A stretch of 64,000 nucleotides of DNA, taken from contig OX597818.1 of the NCBI GenBank assembly GCA_951406725.2, positions 133,548,001 to 133,612,000 of the forward strand, given 5' to 3'. The stretch is from Octopus vulgaris (Eukaryota). Numbering within the stretch: position 1 is the first letter of the stretch; every line of letters starts with the position of its first letter. This document shows positions 1 to 13,797 of this stretch, one piece after another. The position numbers were made by a program, and so were the translations under genes. The notes under the pieces were generated by a model. That model saw nothing but the letters and a program-made list of their open reading frames with translations, was not told the origin of the DNA and searched no databases.

Positions 1-1488
1 ATATCCTGTATTAGCATTTAACAATTACCCTTTCAATACATTTTCCTAAGTTTATAAACTTCTAGAATACCTATGGAATTGGTAACATTTAGTACATATT
101 ATTTGAAATTATTAAAATGGAGTGTGAAATTAAAAGAGAAAAAAAAAAAAAAATTTCCTAAATCTCATTAATGTAAAGATTTAATATTCGAGATATTCCA
201 TTCTAAAGTTATGCATTGTTCTTTTATTACATCACATTGTATTAAAAATATTAATTATGACAAGGTTTTGCCCAAAATGTTCTCTAAATGGACTGCTTAT
301 TGCCTGATGAGAATTTTCCAAAATATCTGTCCCTTTATATCAAATAAATGTAAAAATAAAATTTAAAAAATATATTTAATACCAGTTCCATACAAAAGAA
401 AAGTAGAAATTTCATCAAAGAAAATTTCCAACTATAATTATCTAAAAAGTGATTTTAAAGTGATTCAACAATGCCTCCTTTTATTTCAATCTAATTTATG
501 AAATTCTATATTAATTTGGTGCTATTTATCTTAACTCTATTTCATAATCCTCATTATTCCGAAGACCTCCTAGCCTGCACTTATGATTACTGAAGAAGGC
601 AGCTTCAAAACATGGGAGATTGATCCACAAGGAAACTATCAACATCACAAAATGAAATATCAATACAATTTTATGAATTCTTTTTCAAAAGTTACTATAG
701 ACATTTTTACTTTGATATTAACTTTTTATATTTTTATTTATATATACATTTATTTGTTGGTTTTTAATGAGTTTTCTACGACAAAATAGTAAGTTAGAGT
801 AGAAAAATGCACCAAAAGACTTTTAATCTTTACTATCAAAACATCCATTTTTAAGTGGCTCTTAGGAAAGCAATAAGCATTAATCAAATTTCAAGACTTA
901 AACTAAGATTACATATTGAAGAAAACAGCATGTAATCATAATTAGTCACATGATTAGCTACTTGACTTTGAAATTGACAAATGACTCAATATGTCCAGTT
1001 AGGTTTTGATAAATTGTAAGTTACAGGATTTGCAAGCTATTTCATAATTATAAAATGCATTCTTAATGGAAGAAAAAGTAAGAAGAGATCCTTCTGACTC
1101 CTGAAAGTAATGTTAGATGATGTTATCTGAAATTTAACTACTTCATTTGACAAGTGTCTACTTGTATAGACTTAAAATTTTCAAACCAACCAAAAAAGAG
1201 AAAAAAATAATGACAAAAAAAATGGAAAATACCGTATAAGTACTGATAGAGTGATAGTCTGAAGCAAGTGCCAGAGAATGTACAAGATACCGATCCAATA
1301 AAGATATGCATATTATTCGATTGAACCAGACAAAAGAGCCCTATTACTTATGTAACATATTGTGTTAACTGTCAACATAATAATAGCATTCAAAATCCCC
1401 TTCAAAAATCTCTTTTAAAAGGTTTTGTTTCCTTTCTTAGTCAATTGGAATATGTGAGTGGGAAGTTAGCAGAAATGGCAGAGCACCA

Positions 1489-1730
1489 GAAGGCGGTGAG
1501 CTGGCAGAAACGTTAGCACACCAGGCAAAATGCTTGCGGTATTTCGTCTGCCGTTACGTTCTGAGTTCAAATTCCGCCAAGGTCGACTTTGCCTTTCATC
1601 CTTTTGGGGTCGATAAATTAAGTACCAGTTACGCACTAGGGTCAATGTAATCGACTTAATCCCTTTGTCTGTCCTTGTTTGTGTCCTCTATGTTTAGCCC
1701 CTTGTGGGCAATAAAGAAATAAAAGAAATA
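1489..1730 (+). mobile_element. tRNA-derived SINE family A (about 230 bp, Nin/Deu-like core), with 18-bp TSD
   Basis: Head aggcggtgagctggcagaa, B-box gttcaaattc, core gcctttcatcc...gtcgataaattaagtaccag, tail aaagaaat. TSD agaaatggcagagcacca at 1471-1488 and 1731-1748. Confidence 0.85.
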
Positions 1731-2129
1731 AGAAATGGCAGAGCACCATACTAAATACCTTATTATATTTAATTCAGGGTAAAGTCTTAGCAGGGTTAAT
1801 TTTGCTTTTCATTACCCAACAGTTAATAAAACAAATATCAATAAAGCACTGCAACCATTTTGAGCACTCAAACAAGAAATTATGTAAAAATTGATCTTGG
1901 GTAAAATGATCAATGTAATATGATGTGGACACATATAACAACTAACAACATACAGATACTATCTATTTATTTATAACTATAGTTATGCATGAATGTGTAT
2001 CTGTGTGTGCAGGTATTATTTAAAATATATTTTCATTGTTCACTAACAAGATGAATGACAACTGGTGAGTGTTAAAACATCATTTCACCCACCTTTCAAT
2101 AAACTCACTCAAGGACAGCACTTCCCTCC

Positions 2130-3230
2130 TCTTCACTCTCAATCTCCTTTTCAAGTGAAACTTGAAAAAGTCAATGAGAGCTCTACCAAAGAGGAATGTA
2201 TCTGTCCTCATGCCTTTCAGCCTTGTCCATCAAACAACCTCTTTCACCACAGCCACTAGGCAAAGGAAAACTGCCTTGTCTGCCCAATTGAAGGAGGGTG
2301 CTGGGGCAATCATCACTACAGACTCAGCTGACAGACAGATCCATCCCACATGTGACAGCAGCTGTTCAACATAACCCCACAAGTTAGCAATGCCAAGACA
2401 CTGAACGAGAGCATGCAGAAAGGTTTCATTACTCTGCGCACACCTCAGACAAGTCTATCTTACAGTACATCCGTGCCTGTTGAGTTTATCTTGAACTGGT
2501 AGCACCCCCTAGTAGCATCCACCAGTAGCACTGCTAGACCAAGGACATCTGGAAATTATCCATGATAGTTCCTGAGCAGAAAGTCCTCTGGAACAGACTA
2601 GCCAGTTCATTCTTGTTGGTGCTCAGAGTCTCCCTGAGAACATCATCGCACTTACCCGCCACTAATCCTCTATAAATTTCTAAAGTAGAACATCTACCAA
2701 TCCTATCTGCCCGACTGGTAGAGGTTTGTGAGTACCTATTTCTTTATTACCCACAAGGGGCTAAACACAGAGGGGACAAACAAGGACAGACATAGGTATT
2801 AAGTCGATTACATCGACCCCAGTGTGTAACTGGTACTTAATTTATCGACCCCGAAAGGATGAAAGGCAAAGTTGACCTCGGCGGAATTTGAACTCACAAC
2901 GTAACGCAGATGAAATACTGCTAAGCATTTCGCCCGGTGTGCTAACGTTTCTGCCAGCTCGCCGCCTTGTGAGTACCTGATGACTTTCTTAGTGCCAGGC
3001 GTCCAGTCTCGGTCTTTTCTTCACCCTGTCAAGGAGATAAGCTGTGGAAAGATGAGCCTCACAAACAGAGCCCATACACGCTCACCATCCAGAAATCATT
3101 GCAGGTGGCATAACCTAAGTGCATGACTGCACATTAGGAGCCACAAGCCACAGCATACCTAATCTACGACTCAGAAGATGCTGGAACAGACTGACCACCT
3201 GACCATTGGAACGTGTCCCTTCCACAAGAA
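2130..3230 (-). mobile_element. Decayed L1/Tx1-clade LINE ORF2 C-terminus (zf-RVT CCHC region), interrupted by a SINE
   Basis: Minus strand reads ...GVLPVQDKLNRHG...TCLRCAQSNETFLHALVQC..ANLW..V, a Cx2C-ET-x2-H-x4-C motif, with in-frame stops. Outer limits are approximate. Confidence 0.7.
2738..2968 (-). mobile_element. SINE family A, full length, TSD of 10-12 bp
   Basis: Reverse complement of family A. ttgtgagtacct repeated at 2726-2737 and 2967-2978. Confidence 0.85.
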
Positions 3231-3390
3231 TTTAAATAAGAGATGTTCCAACCTGGTCAAGCAGTAACTGGGACAAGACAAGATGGTCAGGCAATAAATG
3301 ATAACGGAGGCAATGTAAGCAAACAATAATAATAATCAATGTTCATTTTTCCCAGCTCCCATAAGTTGGACAGAGTATAAGATCAAATAG

Positions 3391-3626
3391 AAGGCAGCGA
3401 GCTGGCAGAACGGTTTAGCACGCCGGGCGAAATGCGTAGCCGTATTTCGTCTACCGTTACGTTCCGAGTTCAAATTCCGCGGAGGTCGACTTTGCCTTTC
3501 ATCCTTTCGAGGTCGATAAATAAAGTACCAGTTACGCACTGGGGTCGATATAATCGACTTAAATTCGTTTGTCTGTCCTTGTTTGTCCCCTCTATGTTTT
3601 CAGCCCCTTGTGGGTAGTAAAGAAAC
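3391..3626 (+). mobile_element. SINE family A
   Basis: Near-identical to the 1489 copy; flanked by gatcaaat on both sides. Confidence 0.85.
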
Positions 3627-3808
3627 ATATATGATCAAATGCCATTCTTGTTACCAGACCTCGCCTATTTCCAAGCAAGGTAATAGTTCCCCCATGTCCT
3701 TGCTGAACATCAGAGATGAATGACAGTTTGTGTAACAGTGACAAGCATCTTACAACTATCATGCAATGTCAAGACAAGAATACATACATTCGCACACACA
3801 CACACACA

Positions 3809-3842
<34 letters not shown>

Positions 3843-3864
3843 GTTTAGGTTAGTTATAATACAT

Positions 3865-4253
3865 TTCTGACATATTTCAATAGCTAGATGACAAATTCCC
3901 TACAGTTACCACGGAGAAAATGTTCTCTTATGGTAAAAAGGTATAAAAACACCATATCTGTCCAGTGTCACCATTTATCAGGATTTCCAGACATCAATGT
4001 TTCTAGCTTCATAGCTGTTATCAATGGGGAATACCTAAGAAAGGCAACTCTGGGCAGACCTTAATAAGGCTATAGCTCTTAGATATTTCACATTGATAAC
4101 AGCTGCGTAACTAGAAACATTGATATCTAGGAATCCTGATAGATGGTGACACTGGACAGATATGATGTTTTTGCACCATTTTACCATAAGAGAAAATTTT
4201 CTCCACGGCAACTGCAGTAAATTTGCCTTTTAGCAGCTGAAATATGTCACAAA
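3865..4253. mobile_element. Palindromic MITE/foldback element (about 185-bp diverged arms)
   Basis: tgacatatttc...atatctgtccagtgtcaccat...agctgttatcaatg is mirrored by cattgataacagct...atggtgacactggacagatat...gaaatatgtca. Confidence 0.7.
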
Positions 4254-4333
4254 CTACCTTAAACTTTGCTTATGTCTAAACACTGCTTGCCACTAATATA
4301 TTATGTTAATATACATTATATATATATATATAT

Positions 4334-4536
4334 ATTTCTTTACTACCCACAAGGGGCTAAACATAGAGGGGACAAACAAGGACAGACAAACGGATTAAGT
4401 CGATTACATCGACCCCAGTGCGAAACTAGTACTTTATTTATCGACCCCGAGAAGATGAAAGGCAAAGTCGACCTCGGCGGAATTTGAGCTCAGAACGTAA
4501 CGACAGACGAAATACCGCTAAGCATTTCGCCCGGCA
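4334..4536 (-). mobile_element. SINE family A, 5'-truncated
   Basis: Reverse complement of family A core and tail. Confidence 0.8.
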
Positions 4537-4552
4537 CATATGTATGTATGAA

Positions 4553-4583
<31 letters not shown>

Positions 4584-5121
4584 CCACATCCAATCACAAG
4601 GCTTTTCCCAGCCTAGAGCTATAGTTGAAACCACTAGCCCAAGATGCTACAGTGGGACTGAACCCAGAACCATGAGGTTGGAAAGCAATTTCTTACCACA
4701 CAGCCACACCTGCACCTCATGTACAATAGTGTAAAATTTTATTCACATAGCTTTGAAAATATTCTAAGTCAAGATATTCAAATGTTTTAAATTTATTGAT
4801 GTCTCATCCAGTCTGCTTTGACTACTAAGAACGCAGTATAGAACGTCAAAAACAACAGTTCTGATCTACAAAATGATCAATACTTATGGCTCCTCCTTAA
4901 TTGAACAGATATCTTCCAATCCTGTTTCAGAAACTACTTCAAAACTAACCCTACACCATTTAATATCAAATCATTGACCAAGATATATAGAATCAACTAC
5001 TAACAGCCACCAATAGGAAATTTCAAACTTTCACCAACTCAAAATATTATTTTTATTAAATTTCAGTTAATATTATTATATGCAAATTGAAAACTTGGAT
5101 GGGGTGCTCTATAAATATTAT

Positions 5122-5158
<37 letters not shown>

Positions 5159-5270
5159 CCGTCGTCATCATAGTAGTTTTAGTAACAAATTCAGTAGGTG
5201 ATATGAACAGCATAATGCAGTGTTTCTCATGTGATGTGAACCTTGAGGATTAAAAAGTGGGTAGACAAAT

Positions 5271-5369
5271 TGCCTGGTGCAGCCTTCTGGCTTCCCAGAC
5301 CCCAGTTGCACCGTCCAACCCATGCTAGCATGGAAAGCGGACATTAAACGATGATGATGATGATGATGA
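5271..5369 (+). mobile_element. RTE-LINE 3' tail fragment ending in (GAT)n
   Basis: ccgtccaacccatgctagcatggaaagcggacattaaacgatgatgat; the same tail follows the RTE ORF remnant at 47.9-48.6 kb. Confidence 0.7.
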
Positions 5370-6781
5370 GATGGTTTTAATCTTTAAAAACTCAACAATA
5401 AAAGGATAATTATATGGATGCAAACTGTGTTCTATAGTCTCATTAATAAAGAAAAATGGGTGGTAAGGATTTTCCACTAATTTAGTTTTCTTTGATGAGT
5501 GTGAGTAGTCTTACTCCACATAGAATTAAATTCTATACTTCTTGGTTAAAATATATGTAACTGAAAAACTATATTTTTATTATTAACAATATCTTACACT
5601 ATTATGATACCTGCAATCATTACTAAAAGGTTGTAGAATAAAACTTTGTCTAAATGTTGAAATGTATTCACAGGAAATAGTATTTTACATGAAGTCAGTC
5701 TCAATGTTAGCTAAGTTAACAAGGAGAATCATGTGCTTTGCTTGAAGGCAAGATTCACAATTTGAACTCATGACTTTTAACAATAACACATACAAAAAAA
5801 ATTGTTATTAATTAGACACAAGGCAATTATTTTCAACTTATTTTCAAAATTTATTTTCAATTGAATAGAATATATTTTTTTACAGAACACTTATAAGTCA
5901 ACTATAGCAAAATTTGAATTTTGAGTTTATAAGAAAGGACCAAATACTAAATAACAGTCCTCTAACGGCTTAATAATAATGAAAAAAGTTTTAAACACAG
6001 TGAAATGTGAAGTAGCTGCAGGTGAGAGATCTTTCTGAAAAATGAAATAACATCTTTGGAAATACTCTGAAGTATTAGTAAGATAGAAATCTAATATTAA
6101 GTGTTTTTTAAAGGAGTGGGTGACAAACCAGAGAAAAAAAATGATTATCATAATCAGTATGATTGCATCAGTAATAGGGTCATTTCTTTCTACAGAGCTC
6201 TTTAGAAACAAAAGCTGAATTTATTTAATCAATAACAGTAAAAATTAGTAACTATTATTCTTAAATGCCCTAAACGAAAAATCTTTACAAAACTTTCAAC
6301 AGTTTAATTTGAATTAAAGAATGCAATGAAAAGTAACCATTTGAAAGAGAATAATTAAGCTCATTCCAAGATGAACTACAAACACAAAATATTATAATCC
6401 TTGAAGACATTTAATTAGCATAAAGAGCTAAGAATTAATTCTATTGGTGCTAAAGCCATTGATCAGTCGACATTCCTAGCAATCAGGAAGAATTCAATAA
6501 ATGCATAAATGTTGGTTTAGAAGTTGAAAGCATCGGCTAAATCAGCCAAAGCAGTCATCCATTGAAACCAAAATGGCCTTCGATGACTGGTCTGAAATGT
6601 CCAGCAAAACTGGTGAACATTCCCAGCCTTTCATGCAATATTTCCATAATTGCAGCTTTAATAAGATGATCAATACTTTAATCTTTTTATATCACCAAAC
6701 AATGCAGATCTAATGAATTTCATGAGATTATTTTGTTTTAGTTTTGTTTTTTTAAAAACACCCATACACATACACATTATG

Positions 6782-6827
<46 letters not shown>

Positions 6828-7182
6828 AACAATGTACATGTATACAAAGACAGATACAGATTGTTTTAAAATTAACGCACAATTTCATCAATGACCTAAT
6901 AGAGCACTTCAAATATTTTTAACCCTTTGTTACCAAATACAAATTTATTAAGTTGACATAAAATAAAACTTTCAGCTTTATTTTCAGTTAAAAATGAAAA
7001 CCATGCACACATAAATATAGGTACAGGTATGGCTATGAGCTTAAGAACCATATGGTTTTAGGACCAACACCAGCACATTGAACAAGTGTCTCCTTTCTGA
7101 TATGGCCCTGAATAGATCAATGCCGTGTATGTGAATTTAGCAGAGAAATTTCAGGAAAGCTGTGTGTATGTCTGTGTGCATG

Positions 7183-7246
<64 letters not shown>

Positions 7247-7707
7247 CGTGAGTGTGTGCAGGTGTGTGCATATGCATGAATGAGGACATCCTATGGTTTG
7301 GCTTAAGTGAAACGAAGTTTGTTTACATTCATCATTGACATTATGAGTTGTGTCTCTGTATTTCTGGGTCACCAATGTAACAAGAAATCCCTTCCTTGAA
7401 AACCTCATAAGGGTGAGCAACTGAAAAAGCTTCAAGGCACAAAATCCTGTCTCAAAAATGTACACATGCAAACCATACAAGCAAAGAAAAATTAACATTA
7501 AATGAATAAACGACAATATATAATTAAAGCACTAACAATCTATTTTTTCCATCCCATCTTAGTTGCATGAGCTCATTCAACAGAAATTTGTATTTAGTTA
7601 CCCAGGCCTTAGTCATTACATGAATTATAATGTTTTAAAAACCTATCTTACCATTCCCAAAGTAAAAATAACTCATTTGAAATAGATTGCAATATATGGT
7701 AACTTAA

Positions 7708-7897
7708 CCCTTTAGCATTCAGGTTCCTCTGTCAAATGTAGTACTTATTTATTCACAATGTCTTGAGTTAATCACGTATTATCTATTGGTTTCAAGATTT
7801 CAATGTAGAGTAGGTGTGAAATGTTGGATCTAGCCAGTTTGAACATAAAAGAGGCAGAATATTTTGGCTGAATATGGTTAGTGTTAATGCTAAAGGG
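7708..7897. mobile_element. piggyBac-type MITE with TTAA TSD
   Basis: TTAA|CCCTTTAGCATT ... AATGCTAAAGGG|TTAA. A decayed relative lies at about 27277-27470. Confidence 0.75.
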
Positions 7898-8236
7898 TTA
7901 AGTATTTCTTATGAATTTAGGAGCTTTCAAGAATCTGTGTTTAACTCCAGAATCATAGTGTTAGATGACTGGAAGATTGGCCTTCTTTTGATTGTGAGGT
8001 TAGTCTATTGCTAGTAACATTCTCAGCTGGTCTGATACCAAATCCACAATGTTTAAATGAATTGATATATCACAGAACAAAATGGTGATCTACCCAGAAA
8101 CTATGAAAGATATGACTTATGAGCAGATAGTCTCACAACTTACCCACTCAGCTATTATAGTACATTCACAAAGGTTACCTCAGAAATTATTGTAAAAGTT
8201 ATAATGCAACCAATGAGATGAAGTAATATGACTTAC

Positions 8237-8602
8237 CTTTGGACAACTGATTCTGACCCATCAGCAAAGCCTTCAGTTTTGTAATCTCCTCTTGATACTC
8301 TCTAAGAAGGACATCTTTTGGATCTTCATTTATCTTTGGTTTATTTTTAATATTTTTAGCTCTGTTGGCATATCGCAAAGTGCTAAGTGTTTCGTCATAA
8401 TTGTTGTCAGCAGGTGACAAACACGCTACCATCAGGGTTTTTGTATTACCTCCCAAGGAGTCTTGCAACAGTCTTGTTAATCTTGAGTCTCGATAAGGTA
8501 TGTGTTTTACTTTAGAATTCACTAAGGCTGATATTACATTTCCTAAAGCTGACAAAGACAGGTTGATTTTTGAAGCTTCTTTCAAGCGATCACCACTGGC
8601 TC
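8237..8602 (-). CDS. KIF17: Kinesin-2 (KIF17/OSM-3-like) exon: end of motor domain, neck linker and neck coil, 366 nt, phase 1/1
   Basis: Translates (G)[27 protein letters not shown]...[74 protein letters not shown]. Acceptor tcaacag, donor AAAG|GTAAGT. Joins in frame to the 21.3-kb exon. Confidence 0.92.
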
Positions 8603-8927
8603 CTGTTGACGACATTTAAAAGAAAATCACATTAATAGTTGTATACTACTTTCAATAAACATGTTGAACAGCTAAAGGATTTGTAAAAATTGATAAAAAA
8701 TATGTTTTCTTACCAAAGAAATGAGAACTAAGAAAAACAAGCGACTCTTACTGAAATCAAAATTGCTAAAATGATCAAGATATTAATGGTTAATTGTACA
8801 ACAAAAGTCATTTCAGTAATTAGATATAGGATGGAATATGGAGTGGGAGTGCAATGTATGTGCACATAGATGAATATAGATATTACATATATTATATAAA
8901 ATACTAAAATATAAATTCTGTTGTCTG

Positions 8928-9415
8928 TACAAGGATGGGCTGAAAAATTATAATTAGCTCTTTCAAGGTACACTAACATCTGACTGTTCAAAGAAGACTT
9001 CAAAACTAAGTAGTAGCGAATTCTCTTGAAATCAACAAAATTTGGCATCAAGTACCTGCAAAAAAAGGGTTTAGCCCCCAAGGATATTCAATCTGACACT
9101 CTTGCTATATTTGGGATACAAAAGGTATTGTATTTATTGACTATCTTCAAAAGGGCCATGCCCTCAATGGAGAGTACTATGTCAACTTGCCAAGGCAGTT
9201 ACAAAAGTCTTTCAAGACCAAACGCCCAGGAAACCTGGCAAAAGAGGTTTTGTTTCATCTGGACAATTCCCTGGCACACAAGTCCTTAGTTTCAATGGCT
9301 GCTGTGCATGACTGTAGCCTTGAACTGATTAATCCCTTTCCCTATTCTCTTGATATGGCTTCATCTGTCAAGCATCTATTCCCCAACATGAAAAAAAACA
9401 CTTGGCTCAGGGAAG
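8928..9415 (+). mobile_element. Internally deleted, decayed mariner (DD34D) transposase remnant
   Basis: IKYLQKKGLAPKDI (N-terminal helix) fused to WDTKGIVFIDYLQKG...NGEYY...KTKRPG...VLFHLDNSLAH...PYSLDMAS..HLFPNMKK, matching the HQDNAPAH and HPPYSPDLAP motifs. Confidence 0.85.
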
Positions 9416-10814
9416 CTGACAGAAGTCAACCACTTGGAAAGTTTAAGTTGTGGTGTTTCCAGTTTGGCATCATACCCAAATTGCAGTACTTATTCTTGCT
9501 TAAGACTTTGCCATAATTTAGATGGAGGTGATAGAGAAATTGTGCAGTAAATTCATGTGAGATAGCTGGGTAGTCACCCAACTTTCAGCTCAGTCAACTT
9601 ATGCAACAAGACTTCTAAGCTCTGTTTGCCAATTTCATCTGGAGTAGAAGAATTGAAAGTCAATAAAAGAAGAGGAGTCGGTAGACTGTTGTTATCTGAG
9701 AATGAGAGAGTCAGTCATGCCAACAAGTCTATAAAAAAGTGGAAGCCCTAGGAAACTGTGAAAAAAGTGGAAATGTAGTGAAAGCATCAAGATACTATTG
9801 GGGTAGTCCATCAAAGATTGCTAGGACTTGATAACTATAGTACTCAGAGATGGTGACAAACTAATATGAGGGGTAAAAGAGAGCTCATAGTGAAGAGGAA
9901 AATTGTCCTGTAAAAGTGGTAGGACTTAGCTACCAAGGACAGCGAACACAGGGTAATCAGACACTTGAGCAACCACTGTCCTGGAGTGAACTTTGAAGAA
10001 GTGATTACAGAAGAATGCCCTTCATACTGTGTGCTAATGTCTATCTATCTATCTCATCGTTGTCTTTGCCGTCATTGGCAGCGGCGGCAGTGTCATTTAA
10101 CGTCCATCTTCCATGCATGCATGGGTAGGATGGGTGACAGGAGCCAACCAGGTAGAAGGCTACTCCAAGCATGTTTCATTAAATCCATGACAATGTTCAA
10201 GTTTTATCTTCTTTATTTCAATATTTCAATATTTTCTTATTAGCTTTTTGAAGTTGCTCTGGGATACAAGAGTTTCTATGACCATATCTGACATTTCTAG
10301 ACCTTCATAGTCTCATCTTGAAGAATTGACTTAAATATATTTAACATTCACATTATTTCTTCAATACTGATTGAATTCATATAGACATTTTTTGCCAATC
10401 TTTATTGACCATTAGCACCAGGCATCATCAGTTGATTGTTGATTTGTTTTTTGTGGTCAAATTTTGGTCATTAGGCTTCCATTTTTTTATGTCAGTAGCC
10501 CCATGTTAGTTTATGCATTTATTTGCATGTAATTTTGGTATTACGTTGTAATACAAGTATGGTTTCCATAATTTTATTTCTTAGATTATTTTCTTCTGGT
10601 ATTTTCCTATGTAATTTTATTTGGTAGTGAGTGGTGTGATGTTGTGCAAGTACATAATAAGCCTATGAGAGGGTGTTAAACTGGTCTGTACAATGTAACA
10701 GGTAGTGTTTTGAAGTTTGCAACTTTTCGGTTTTACGATCAAATTTATAGATCATGTTGATTATCCAAAGTTTGTGCTGTGTTCTTCATAAGAAGGTTTT
10801 TTTGGTCTCAGTGT

Positions 10815-10892
<78 letters not shown>

Positions 10893-10894
10893 GG

Positions 10895-10925
<31 letters not shown>

Positions 10926-11130
10926 ATAGAAAGATAGATAGACATATATATATATATATATATACATAAGATTAATCGAAAGCATTCACACACACACTAG
11001 GAAAAAAGTTTCTTCCAAAAAGGTGAGTGACATTCTGTTAAAAGATTTTATAACATTTTTTAAAATATTTTTTTTTAAATCCCCTTTATACTTAAGTAAT
11101 TTTTACAAAGACTTTCAAATATATATATTT

Positions 11131-11333
11131 CACCGGGCGAAATGCGTAGCTGTATTTCGTCTGCCGTTACGTTCTGAGTTCAAATTCCGCCGAGGTCAAC
11201 TTTGCCTTTCATCCTTTCGGGGTCAATAAATAAAGTACCAGTTACGCACTGGGGTCGATGTAATCAACTTAATCCCTTTGTCTGTTCTTGTTTGTCCCCT
11301 CTATATTTAGCCCCTTGTGGGCAGTAAAGAAAT
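11131..11333 (+). mobile_element. SINE family A, 5'-truncated
   Basis: Family A core and tail. Confidence 0.8.
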
Positions 11334-11359
11334 ATATATATATCATATTTAAGTGTGTG

Positions 11360-11397
<38 letters not shown>

Positions 11398-11965
11398 TGT
11401 AAACATGTGTGACAGGAAAATGAAGAGGTTACTTATTTTAAAAAGAGGAATTCCATTATTTAACAAAGTGAACTGATATAATGACAATGTTGAGAGCCAT
11501 CCTCTCTTATTCCTCCTCAGGAAAGTCCCAACACTAATCTGTCATATTTTAGTGCATCTAAGCTGGGGAGACAAAATGTTTAGCAGCATTTTGTCCAGCT
11601 TTTTACATTCAAATACTGCCAAGTTCAAATACTACTAAGGTTGACTTTGCTGTTCATCCTTTGTGGGGGAGGGGGGGTCAATAAAATTCAGTACTAGTTG
11701 AACCCTGGGTCAATGTAATCAATTTACCTCATCCCCCCCATAAAAATTACTGGCATTGCACCAAAATTTGAAACCAGAGTTATTATGGACAAATTTTTCT
11801 TTGGTAGTTGCGAGTTTCTGCTGCACCACCTGGTGCACCTCTGTGTTCCTTAGGTGTGTATGGCATTGTGTTCTTATTTTTGTGACAATTGAGGGAGTAT
11901 AGACTCCTCTTGTTGGCGTTTAGCTTCTTGATTTTTATTATATTTTTATTATGTTTTATTATTAT

Positions 11966-12356
11966 AGGCGCAGGAGTGGCTATGTGGTAAGTAGCTTACC
12001 AACCACATGGTTTCAGGTTCAGTCCCAATGTGTGGCACCTTGGGCAAGTGTCTTCTACTATAGCCTTGGGCTGACCAAAGCCTTGTGAGTGGATTTGGTA
12101 GACGGAAACTGAAAGAAGCCCGTTGTATATATGTATATGTATATATTTATATATGTATGTGTGTGTGTTTCTGTCTGTGTTTGTCCCCTCAACATCGCTT
12201 AACAACTGATGCTGGTGTGTTTACGTTCAGCAAAAGAGGCCGATAGAATATGTACTGGGCTTACAAAGAATAAGTTCTGGGGTCAATTTGCTCGACTAAA
12301 GGCAGAGCTCCAGCATGGCTGCAGTCAAATGACTGAAACAAGTAAAAGAGTGAGAG
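11966..12356 (+). mobile_element. tRNA-derived SINE family B (about 400 bp, internal TA/TG microsatellite, AAAAGAGT tail)
   Basis: Head aggcgcaggagtggctatgtggtaag, ggttcagtccc B-box-like, ccttgggcaagtgtctt core, 3' end gactgaaacaagtaaaagag. Confidence 0.85.
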
Positions 12357-12821
12357 TATACTAGTCTATGTTTTACTGTGCATGGTGTGTATAAAGTGAG
12401 CTGTGTTATTCTATTTGGCCTTAAATCTTGTATAGCACATGTTGTGTGAGTTATGCTGTTTTAGATTATTAGATGCTTGCTGTATAGGGTACCTTGTGTG
12501 AGAGGATTGTTCTAATTGAGCTATTTTATTGAATCATGAGGTATTCTATTATTGATACTGAGCTGTTCCTAACATAGCTATTTTTGGCATGACTTCTATG
12601 TTCCTTTTCATATTATTATTTCATATACACATTACAGATTAGCTGTTAGAAAAAAAAATTATTATTATTGTTATTATTATTATTATTATTATTATTTGTA
12701 ACTCAGGTTTTGTTAAAACTCCTGGAGTCTTGCATGAATAGCAAGCATGCTACCTGCAGCCTATGGTACCATGCTATGTTCTTTCCAACAATCTTAATAC
12801 TTTCCCAGTTTTTATTATTAC

Positions 12822-12852
<31 letters not shown>

Positions 12853-12855
<3 letters not shown>

Positions 12856-13585
12856 GAGTGAGAGAGCAGTGTATGCCATCAAAGTGATACTGGGGTAAAA
12901 TATACGAAACCCAGTATACCCATCATGACTACCCGTCTGATAAGGGTACACCAGGCACATGCATCACAACCATATGTGTGCAACATGGTGATTTCATATC
13001 AAGATAAACAGCACATGACCTTGCAGGTGGGGCCTAGTTAGAATGTTCTTCTGACTGAGTAGCCCATCCTGCTCAAAAGGTCCCTGAATAAGGATTGTTT
13101 AAGGATGTTGAACGAACCACCCATGTTTCCAAAGGTGAATTATCCAAACCTCCTTTGGACACACGGCTATGATGCTCTCCCACTACTCCTACTCATGTTG
13201 AACGAAACATCCATGTTTCCAGAGGTGATTTATTCAAACCCCAAGGAATCCCTCTCAACACATGGCTATGATGCTCTCCAACTACTTCTGCTCATGATCA
13301 GAGATGCACGTATCGTCAGCCACTAAGGGACATGCTCAACTGGTTAAGGTCAAACAACTGACAAGCAAATTTGTGGTATAGAGCAGAATATTTGTTGTAG
13401 CCCATCTTTTATACCAAGACAAAACAATGTACATGATAACACTTCCAATCAGTTAAGATCAGGAGCCATGAGAGCCACTGTCTGGTACTGCATCAGGGCA
13501 TTCAGAAGCCACGAAAGCCACTGTCTAGTACTACATCAAGGCATTCAGAAGCCATGAGAGCCACTGTCTAGTACTGCATCAGGGC

Positions 13586-13588
<3 letters not shown>
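12853..13588 (-). mobile_element. Non-autonomous element of about 700 bp embedded in (TTA)n, probably Dong/R4-dependent
   Basis: Both ends abut (TTA)n. Fragments recur at 19.26-19.67 kb and 20.24-20.40 kb. A 43-bp terminal unit is triplicated at 13460-13588. No ORF. The Dong link is inferred. Confidence 0.6.
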
Positions 13589-13637
<49 letters not shown>

Positions 13638-13797
13638 GTTTATTATTTGTAACTTAGGTTTTGTTAAAACTCCTGGAGTCTTGCATGCATAGCAAGCATG
13701 CTACCTGCAGTCTATGGTACCATGCTACCTGCAGTCTATGGTACCATGCTACGTTCCTTTCAACAATCTTAATACTTTCCCAGTTTTTATTACTTTT

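Noticed and set aside
301-615. CTGATGA at about 304 and CTGAAGA-AGGC at about 590
   Set aside because: No correctly placed GAAA or closing stems.
1489-1580. tRNA gene-like A/B boxes at SINE heads
   Set aside because: They are heads of multi-copy SINEs with TSDs; no cloverleaf or anticodon arm.
9560-12620. Faint LINE RT-like (9.6-10.0 kb) and Penelope-like (10.4-12.6 kb) peptide echoes on the minus strand
   Set aside because: Too degraded to assign without a profile search.
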